Part shown: positions 37,601-45,937 of the stretch, in pieces
Position numbering within the stretch: the first letter of the stretch is position 1
Layout of the letters: every line of letters starts with the position of its first letter
Source of the DNA: Macrostomum lignano
Taxonomy: Eukaryota
Assembly (NCBI GenBank): GCA_002269645.1
Contig: NIVC01004437.1
Coordinates: 1-45,937, forward strand
DNA: 45,937 nt
Reading direction: 5' to 3'
Notes under the pieces: generated by a model
Seen by the model: only the letters and a program-made list of their open reading frames with translations
What the model was told of the DNA's origin: nothing
The model's database searches: none
Position numbers and translations under genes: made by a program

Positions 37601-40600
37601 GGGAAGGGCTGGCGGCCCAAGTTTAACCAACTGGGGGAGGGGGTGGCGGCGCAAGTTTAACCAACTGAGGGAGGGGGTGGCGGCGCAAGTTTAACCAACT
37701 GGGGGAGGGGGTGGCGGCCCAAGTTTAACCACATGGGGGAAGGGGCTGGCGGCGCAAGTTTAACCAACTGGGGGAGGGGGTGGCGGCGCAAGTTTAACCA
37801 ACTGGGGGAGGGGTTGGCGGCCCAAGTTTAACCACATGGGGGAAGGGGCTGGCGGCCCAAGTTTAACCACCTGGGAGAAGGGGGTCGCGGCCCAAGTTTA
37901 ACCAACTGGGGGAGGGGGTCGCGGCCCAAGTTAAACCAACTGGGGGAGGGGGTGGCGGCCCAAGTTTAACCAACTGGGGAAAGGGCTGGCGGCCCAAGTT
38001 TAACCAACTGGGGGAGGGGGTGGCGGCGCAAGTTTAACCAACTGGGGGAGGGGGTGGCGGCGCAAGTTTAACCAACTGGGGGAGGGGGTGGCGGCCCAAG
38101 TTTAACCACATGGGGGAGGGGGTGGCGGCGCAAGTTTAACCACCTGGGGGAAGGGGCTGGCGGCCCAAGTTTAACCAACTGGGGGAGGGGCTGGCGGCCC
38201 AAGTTTAACCACATGGGGAAGGGGCTGGCGGCCCAAGTTTAACCACCTGGGAGAAGGGGGTCGCGGCCCAAGTTTAACCAACTGGGGGAGGGGTCGCGGC
38301 CCAAGTTGAACCAACTGGGGGAAGGGGGTGGCGGCCAGTTTGACCAACCTGGAAGAAGGGATTGGCGGCCCAGTTTAATCTTCGCAAACTCAGAACTGTC
38401 TTTAGACTTACCGTCCCGAACCTCAACAAAGTCCCTAGTGCACGAGGGACTCTCCTGCATTTCGTAGTCCAGCATCTCGAGTTCCACCCGATACTCCAAG
38501 CCCTCCTGCTGGTCCGTATCCTGGCAGTTGCATGAGGAAATCACCCAGCGGCAGGTGGCGCTGCTAAAAGTTTAATTAAACAATCAAATCAGCCACACAT
38601 CACACTTTCAATGGAAATTTAAAGACTTGATCAAACTCACTCTGGGTAGCTGTCGGGATACCTGGGACTGCTGATGTACTGGTAGGACAGTTTAGCGTAC
38701 ACCTGGTAGTACTCTGCACAGCTGCCAGAGGTTGCCACCCAGTCGCACGGGTCCGTGGCCGGAGACCGATTCTCACCTGAGAATAGATTAATTAAATTCA
38801 TAGAAAAGTGGCGCTCCTGTAATCTAATTTTCGCCTTGGCACCTAAAAGGCACACATGCAGACACCAAAAGTAGCACCAGGCATCAAAAATAGAGTTCAG
38901 ATATCCGAAATAGTGCACTATTCTAGACAACTTAGATGCGTCAAGACGCCCAAAAAGGCGTCAAGGCTCTCAAAGTGACGCCAAGATACCCACAGTGACG
39001 TCAAGACACCAAAAAAGGCGTCAAGGCTCTCAAAGTGACGCCAAGATACCCACAGTGACGTCAAGACACCAAAAAAGGCGTCAAGGCTCTCAAAGTGACG
39101 TCAAGCACCAAAAGTGACGTCTAGACACCCAAAGTGACGTCAAGACACCCAAAGTGACGTCAAAACACCCAAAGTAATGTCAAGACACCCAAAGTGACGT
39201 CAAGACACCCAAAGTGGCGTCAAGACAACCAAATTGGGTTAAAACACTCAAAATGACGCCAAGACCCACAGAAATCGTGAATTCATAACTGAAAAGTCAT
39301 CCTGACATCAATCTTCGAAAAAGAGGCTTTTCCAGAAATTCCGAGAGCCCAGCTTAAAAAAATGAAGCAACACGAAACTTACACGTTCCGGCCTTTAAAA
39401 CAGGCATACATTGGCACAGAATTGCGCAGGTAACAATCGCCATCGCAATGCGGTGGTCTTTTCTATAGATTAAAACCATAATGCCGATTTGCTAAACGAG
39501 GCTTGTGCTCAGGTGTTTCCTGGTTTTTGAGGATTTTTGTGTGCTCGCCTGTTTATACAGTCTCTGGGAGAGAAGTTCGGTCGATAAGGCACGAAGCGCT
39601 TATATAGATAAGATGACTGCTTGCGACAAAGTGAACTCTTTTTCTTCAGCCAACTATCGAACGCTATTTTGTTTTCGATACTACTTATTAAATCAGTAGC
39701 TTGTAAAGGCAAAAGTTACCTAAACCATAAACTTTCAGTTGCTACTATTCGGTCGTGCTGGGCTGGTGTTTCTACTATGTGTACAAAACGATTCAACTGT
39801 CCGCGACCGGAGAGCTGCCGCAGGCCGAGCCAGAGAGTCAGGAAATATTCGAAGCGTTTGCTGTAAGGCTTTGGCCCGAGTTCTCTTTTAAATTCACAGG
39901 TTGACTGCTTTTGACTCTGAAGAAACTGGAATCTGAGGCTTCCAGTCCTGAAGAAACAGGAAAATGCATTGGATCGAGGACACTCTACCCTGAAAAATTA
40001 GGGATTCCCTGCCCTGAACAACTAGGGATTCCCTGCCCGGAACAACTAGGGATTCCCTGCCCGGAACAATTAGGGATTCCCTGCCCGGAACAACTAGGGA
40101 TTCCCTGCCCGGAACAACTAGGGATTCCCTGCTCTGAACTTTATTCCCTGCCCTGAACAACATTCTCCTGACTATAGAGATGACTAGAGATTAACATAGG
40201 CTCCCAGTCCTGAAGAAATTTAAGGATTGAGTCTCCCAGTTTCGCAGTCCTAAATGAGCAGTTGCTTCGCCTTTGAGACGCTAAATTCAAAAGACGCGTT
40301 GGTAACGTTAACCGCCTGATTGACTTCTCAATTCCCAGGAGAAAAGCTACTGGCCAATCATGTGCCACGGTCTGGCCATCCTCGCATCCGGCGCTTGCGT
40401 AATCGGCGGCATCACCTGGATTGAGAAGGCCAACATGGTGCTGGTGCCTACCCTGCTGCTTATCATTATTGGCACCTACTGCTGGTCGGTTCTGAACAAA
40501 TATAGCGACTATGGCATTAAGTTCCTATTTACTCCGGATTTAGGTAAGTTCAGTTGTGCGCTCCTACTAGGGTGTCGTGAGGGATTTAACCCAGCGACTA

Positions 40601-43558
40601 AGCAATCCATGACGGCTAAAACAACTTGTAGAAGTTTCATTATGCAGCAATTCATTCACAGTTCGCAAAGACGTATTAACAACGCTAGATTTCCATTTTC
40701 AATTCCCTACAGAAGCGCTGCAAGACCCTCGGCTCTGGGTGGACTCGGCTTCCCAAAATGCCTTCGACACCGGAGCCGCTATGGGCCTTATCGTTCCCTA
40801 CGCAACCTACATGACTAGGAAGCATGGCGTCGTGAGGTTCTCGACGCTGATTCCCGCCATGAACAACTTTGTTAGGTAACACAATTTCAATCGTTTTTTT
40901 CTAAGTTTAGCAGGAGAACTTTTGTTGGAAACAAGGAATTTAAAAAGCTCTCATGGCAATTTTCATTCCGCAGCATGCTGTGCGCACTGACCATCTTCTC
41001 GACAGTGTTCTCCACTCTGATCCAGACTCAGAGCACTCTATCGCGCACCGGCATCGTGGAGATTATCAAGCAATCTGGACCGGCTTCCACTGGGCTCACA
41101 TTCATCTGGATTCCCGTGCTATTTGCTCAGGTTGGCGTCTTAGGAAAAATTCTCTGCGTCTTGTTCTTCCTCTGCCTCAGCTTTGCCGGTGTTAGCTCGT
41201 TGATCGCCAATTTCGAATTGACGTCGCTCACTCTGCAGGACTTTGGAAGTAAGCTGTCTACTAAATAAATAATTATTGCTCATGAAGGCATGAGCCGCCA
41301 AAGCTCAGAGTAACATTCGTACAAGCCTTCGGACGTGACGATGAGAAGTCAGGGCCGCTGTAGACTATGTATGACGTGTATGTGTACTTATCTGCGTCCG
41401 TTTGCATGCTCTGGAGTCAGTGGAGTGGCCATGACTGCTTGCCTTCTGGCTGACTTGGGATCAACTGTCGCTTGATTTTGCAGCGGACAGTATGTTTCTA
41501 CGGTTGTAGGAGATGACGCAATGTATGGGGATGTACGAGTGTACCTGACTGAGCATCCCCAATATGTTCATGAGCCAACTCTGTTAAGCAAAGAGTTTCA
41601 AAATGAACTTTAGCTACCTCTTATTTGCATCGTTCTAAATTCCAGTTCCACGAAAGTATGGCACACCGATTGTGATAGTTGCAACCTTCTTGATTGGTCT
41701 GCCGTCGGCTATGGAGATTGAAATTCTAAGAAACCAGGTACGCCGCATTTGGAAGTTAATTGTCTAATTAATACAATTTTAATATGAAACGTTTGTACAA
41801 CGAAATTGCAGGACTTTGTGTGGGGCTTCGCTCTAATGCTGTCTGGCATCATGTTCCAATTGTTGGTAATTAAGTACGGCGTTAGAAAATTCCAGCAAGA
41901 GGTTGTGAATGACTACGGCGAGAAGGACTGGCGTTTGACCATCGTTACTATGATTATCATTGTGTAAGCTGGCCGCTACAATTTCCACTTGAGTAATCGA
42001 TTTCTTAGTTCATTGGTGAATGACAGGCATATACTTGTATCCGGCCCTCGGGTCCTTTCAAACTACACAATGGCAATCTGTCTAGCTCAAGGCTTATGTC
42101 GCTTCTCCCCGTCTTCCGTCTTCTCTCTCCTATCTTCTCTTAACCCTCTTCTTTATCCCCTTTCTCCTCTCTCTCATCTTGTCTCTTCTCATCTTTTTTA
42201 TTATAGGCAGGGGGGTTGTGTGCACCCTGGCGCACTTTAAGCGACATAGGCACACAACCGGCGAGAGGCATTACTGCCCATTCCGCCGACTCCCCTGAGC
42301 AGGCATACAAGCGCGCGGATACGTACGCAGGCACACACTCACACAGGAGTGTACAGCGGCCCTAACTTTATATTATCGTTAGGAATGTACACTTCACTGT
42401 GCCTTGAGGGGTTGGCTCTCAAGGCCGTTAATTGCACGAGCAGAGCCAAGCCGAGATTCGAATTCAGCCCCAAATTAATGTGACTGAACTTGGAATCGAG
42501 CCTGGGTCGCTGGCACACCAGAGCCTGCGCTAGACCGCTGGGCTACGGCCCCCTTCTCATCTTCTCTCTTATATATTTTCTCTCATTCCATCTCTCGTCT
42601 TTCTGTTCTTTCTCCTCTCTTATCTTCTATTCCCTCTCATTTCCTCTCTCATTCTGGCTTTATTTGGCTCTTGAGGTAAATGTCACCGACCTCTTAACAT
42701 GAAGCGATGTCAACACGAAAAACCGGACCCTTTACGCCTAGTAAAACTTGTAGATTATAAAGCTTAATAGTTTAAAAAGCTTACTCAGCTACATTGTTTT
42801 ATCGTATTTTTATAAAACCTAGTTTGACAAGCTGACAAAGTGATTACAGATTAATGAATCAATTTATTCTCCGATAATTTTGTTTTCAGCGTCATCGCTC
42901 CACTCGAAGCGGTGGGCCTGTTGGTCTGGTGGGGGCTTGAGCTGATCCGCAGCACCGCGGATGAGGCACCAGGCAATCGCTGGTACGACTACGGCGTTGA
43001 GACCTTTGTCACCGTCATCACTGAGGTCAGTTGCTACGATGCCATACTCAAAGCGCCTTGAAAATGACTTTTCGTCTTAAGTTAGGACAAATTTAGTTGG
43101 TACGACTTATGAAGCACTAAGTGGTTAGCAAACTACGAGTCAATCCTTTGGTTTTAAGCAAGAACTGTTAAATTTTAAGTTCGATTCTAGAGCATTATAC
43201 TGATCTTGAGAGTTTAAATGGAGGATGTCGCATGCGAACTACCTAGAAAAGTAGTATTAGCCGCTGTCATTTACTGAAATAGTAAAATTTACTGAATTCA
43301 TGTGCCATCTTTCAATTCGTACTATTCTTTATTTCGCAGTGGGTTGCGCTGCTGCTGCTGCTATTGTTTGTCAACGTTCTTGTCTATTACCTGCGACCAT
43401 CCTGGATGAGGGAGGACACGGACGAGTCCAAGTACGCCAATGGCGAGGGCCAATTCGAATTGAAGTCGTCCGGTGCCTATTCACGACCGTTCGAGCCCGG
43501 GGCGGTCAACTCGGCCTACGTTAACAGCAACGAGAATCTGTCCGATGTCAAGTACTAA
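34679..43558 (+). CDS. SLC6/NSS (SNF) sodium-dependent transporter, ~576-580 aa, prokaryote-like subgroup
   Basis: Exons 34679-34708, 34794-34943, 35393-35576, 39739-39862, 40339-40543, 40713-40875, 40974-41248, 41646-41737, 41812-41963, 42890-43025, 43340-43558. Motifs GTVVGTGNIWRFP (TM1), IEYAIGR, CYYSVVLGW (TM3), WVDSASQNAFDTG (TM6), FAGVSS (TM8). The exon 2/3 phase needs either one extra G at 34941-34944 or a 13-nt microexon at 35262-35274. Confidence 0.9.
36087..36613 (+). mobile_element. hAT-type MITE, second copy, with internal CT-rich tract
   Basis: TIRs CAGGGCTCGGCAAAC / TTTCACCGACCTCTG; shares atccggccctcgggtcctttaaaacttcacaatagcaatc with the 12323-12968 copy. Flanks CACTAGTT/TAGTAGAT match at 5 of 8 positions. 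Confidence 0.75.
36686..39479 (-). CDS. Single-CUB-domain type I membrane protein (234 aa), nested antisense in intron 3 of the SLC6 gene
   Basis: Exons 39479-39383, 38776-38641, 38563-38412, 37110-36922, 36816-36686 sum to 705 nt, ATG to TAA, with all GT-AG phases matching. SP MAIVTCAILCQCMPVLKA; CUB ISSPRYPDSYPDSATCRWVI...VELEMLDYEMQESPSCTRDFVEVRDG...YCG...LLVAFLSD...RGFLMRY; TM YALICVSCLLAVGFASAFTLLAI; tail NERRRA. Confidence 0.88.
37225..38375. repeat. G-rich ~33-34-bp minisatellite, ~34 copies, in intron 3 of the nested CUB gene
   Basis: Unit ggcccaagtttaaccaactgggggagggggtggc, with recurring variants (accacatg, accacctg, gcgcaag) arranged in repeated order. Confidence 0.97.
38935..39265. 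repeat. 20-bp minisatellite (partly 60-bp higher order) containing TGACGTCA palindromes
   Basis: Unit aagtgacgtcaagacaccca; six exact TGACGTCA at 38996, 39056, 39096, 39135, 39155 and 39195. Confidence 0.92.
39990..40155. repeat. 24-bp minisatellite, ~6 copies, in SLC6 intron 4
   Basis: Unit ggaacaactagggattccctgccc. Confidence 0.92.
42039..42695 (+). mobile_element. Third, degenerate hAT-type MITE copy, interrupted by a SINE
   Basis: Left body atccggccctcgggtcctttcaaactacacaatggcaatc, CT-rich interior, right end ttgaggtaaatgtcaccgacctct. Left TIR not recognisable. Confidence 0.65.
42195..42552 (-). mobile_element. Full-length tRNA-derived SINE with TSD
   Basis: Minus strand head GGGGCCGTAGCCCAGCGGTCTAGCGC (A box) ... 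GGCTCGATTCC (B box); A-rich tail; 10-bp TSD CTTCTCATCT (42185-42194 / 42553-42562). Confidence 0.88.
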
Positions 43559-44249
43559 TGATGAAATTGCCTTGTTGTATAATATATAATATCCTCTATA
43601 ACTGATTCGATTGGGAATGAGTTGGATGCGTGTAATTAGTCTACCGTGTAATGTTTTTGGAAGGCTGGAACAAAATTGTCAGCATTATGAAAAGTCGCCT
43701 CCAATTGCTCCAGTAAGCAACATCTCACAGTCTACATTGCCGAGACATGCATTACATAATCACAACGCTGAGCAATAGGATGTAACACAATGATAGCATC
43801 GTTTCACTTTTTTATTAACATTATTGTTAAAGGGTGACAGGGTGACGGCTTTACAATTTTGCTGAGTAGATTTTCCTAGGTATGAATACTTTCTATTGGC
43901 AGAGCATGGGAAGAATATAATTTTGGAGATTACGCAGTCGTCGCAGTCTTAGCTATGGCTAATCTGCAATTCAAGCTGTAACTGTGTTGCTTTTCTCTGC
44001 GTTTCGGAATGTAATGTTTCTGATTAACTCGCGTTTTTTTCAAATTAAAAATAAATCGATCAATAATAAATATCTTGTCCTCAAGGATGGCAGAATCCGC
44101 AAAATAATAATTTTTTGAAGGGTTTTTCTTGAATTAAATTTATCGCAGTGTTTAGTAGTTCTTAATATATTTTCTCTTTCAGTATTTAAAGGAATTGTGC
44201 GTATCATAAAGTATTAATAGTAATAATTGATTACGCCTTGCCCTGTTGG

Positions 44250-44392
44250 ATAGTTGTGTCGCCACACACACACACACACATCCTCAATTACCCCATAATA
44301 ATCCTGGTGCCCATTTTACAGCTTGGTGAACTGATGAAGCAATGCAGAGTTGAGTGTCTTGCTCAAGGACACAAATTTAAGTGAGTCGAACC
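44250..44392 (-). mobile_element. Truncated second copy of the 33.3-kb SINE family
   Basis: gtcgccacacac...tggtgcccattttacagcttggtgaactg...aagcaatgcagag...gtgtcttgctcaaggacacaaat matches 33300-33410. Confidence 0.75.
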
Positions 44393-45102
44393 CCTATTAA
44401 TAAAACGCCAACAATATGCTACATGCGATATGCGATACGGAATTGTGTAAGTCATTTCGATATTTTAGATAATTTTAGGCAGCTTCTGCAAACTTAAAGT
44501 TCGACACAGAAACGAACGCTTCCAGGTTAGACTAAACTCTATAAAAGCCCACCTTTGCTTATATAACTGCCTAGATTGCATTATCTACAAGAATGCTGAT
44601 GATTTACAATACCTGTTACTGCATGCGCTGTAGACTTTTCTTCTCCCCCTCAAACTGTTTATCTCTCTGTAGTTTGGGTCAATTGTCCAAAGTCATTTAC
44701 CAAAATTACAAATCAAGCTTACGCACTACGAGCGTAAAGTATGACAAATCTATCCGCCTATTCGCTTCATTATTTTTCATGCTTCATTTTTTTCCTCTGT
44801 TTCAGCATTCGAGCTAGCTCTATGTGGCCTGACAAACAGTAAATCATGTAGAGTTGGTAGTAGTGACGTTTTCTTTCACGATTTAATTATTTAAAGCTTG
44901 CTCGAATGGTTTGCTTTATATAGGAGTGTTAAAACACAAAGCATGCTGATTAAATAATTGGGAAGTGATGTTTTATTTAAGCAGGGAGCAGGTGAAGAGG
45001 GATACTGGCTAACAGAACGGGTTTATCAAAGAAAAAATAAAACGGCAAGAACTGCATGTCGTGTCGAAATGTTCCAAAGAGATTTCGTCATTAATTTTAG
45101 CG

Positions 45103-45937
45103 TCAGTTTTCTTCAACTCTGTTCGAGTTGTTTTCATTTAGCTCAATGTGCTCCTCCAACTCAAGGGTCCGCTGGGCCTGACCGCCCCCTCGCTGCCACC
45201 AGGGCGATATGAATATCTGCGCGAACGTGTCTCGAAACTGCTTCGACATGGAGGTGTACAGCACGAAGTTACAGCTATTATTCACCAGCGAAAGCAGGTC
45301 TAGAACGTCACCGAGCGGTTCGTACACATTCTTTTGAAAGGAGGCCATGATAAAACACATCAACGACATGACGCCTTGCGGCAGTTCAGTCACCCAGAAG
45401 ATTATCACGATAGCCAGCAGCATCCTAGTTGTGCGCTGTTCCTCCGATCGTTGCGCTGCTCTCGTCTGGACGCTTCGCCCGCTTGGGCTTTGTTTAGTAG
45501 CATCCTGCGCCTCTTGGCCGCCTTGGACAGCTGCGAGATGAGCAGCACGGTCATCAGAGACAGCAGTCCGCACGGCAAGATTTTGTAGGCAATGGCGATA
45601 GTCCAGTAGTTGGACATTACCAGAGCTTTTGGCAGTGAAGCCGGTGTGCTGATAAAGTAGACTGTTGCGTTGTCATGATCAGCGGATATGCAGTATGCGG
45701 CCTCGTTCATCAGGTAGTTCGGCGCCGTGCTAAGCGTCAAAACGATCGTGATCCGGCGATGCTGATGTACGCATTCTTGATGCTGGCCAGGGTAACGCCT
45801 CTGGTTGGCAGGGCAATGTACAGATAGCGAAATATGGCCAGAGTCACGGTTAACCAGCTGGCTATTGTGTGAAGAACCAGAACCTGCGACAGAGAAGGCG
45901 AGTAGTAAATGAATGCGAGTAGACAACTTCTGGTTTT
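45103..45937 (-). CDS. Class A peptide GPCR of the myosuppressin/sex-peptide receptor (Srw-like) type, 5'-partial, with two 1-nt frameshifts
   Basis: TM3 HTIASWLTVTLAIFRYLYI; TM5 YKILPCGLLSLMTVLLI; TM6 RTTRMLLAIVIIFWVTELPQG; TM7 LVNNSCNFVLYTSMSKQFRDTF. Adding one G (minus strand) at 45753-45754 and at 45444-45445 joins the three frames. Confidence 0.85.

Noticed and set aside
37225-38375. Regularly spaced conserved core (cccaagtttaacca) resembling a repeat-spacer array
   Set aside because: The segments between cores are near-identical G-runs, so this is a head-to-tail minisatellite, not CRISPR.
42480-42552. tRNA gene (also 33420-33485)
   Set aside because: A and B boxes are present but there is no convincing cloverleaf or acceptor stem, and each continues into a repeated SINE body.

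Overview
Animal (invertebrate) genomic DNA with compact GT-AG introns and GC-rich exons; the style suggests a free-living flatworm such as Macrostomum, but that is an impression only. Reading splice phases by hand gives seven spliced genes. (1) A 5'-partial acidic protein ending in four EF-hands (43-15122, +). (2) An EGF/TSP1 type I membrane protein (16755-19801, +). (3) A short tensin-like SH2-PTB protein (20691-25034, +). (4) A SAMD9-family AlbA/SIR2-like/STAND/TPR/OB protein that appears to have an N-terminal membrane anchor instead of a SAM domain (26869-31992, +). (5) An SLC6/NSS transporter (34679-43558, +). (6) A complete single-CUB membrane-protein gene nested antisense in that transporter's third intron (36686-39479, -). 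(7) A 5'-partial peptide GPCR (45103 to window end, -). Mobile DNA includes a near-intact Ty3/gypsy element with identical LTRs, a 4-bp TSD and a -1 frameshift signal (2983-8004), and a non-coding 1.7-kb LTR element holding a tandem array (8361-10084). There are also hAT-type MITEs carrying polypurine tracts, two tRNA-derived SINE families and several micro/minisatellites. About eight 1-nt indels break reading frames; most sit at short G/A runs and may be assembly errors. Best leads: the membrane-anchored SAMD9-like protein, the nested CUB gene and the non-autonomous LTR element. Motif comparisons to known proteins are from memory, not from database searches.
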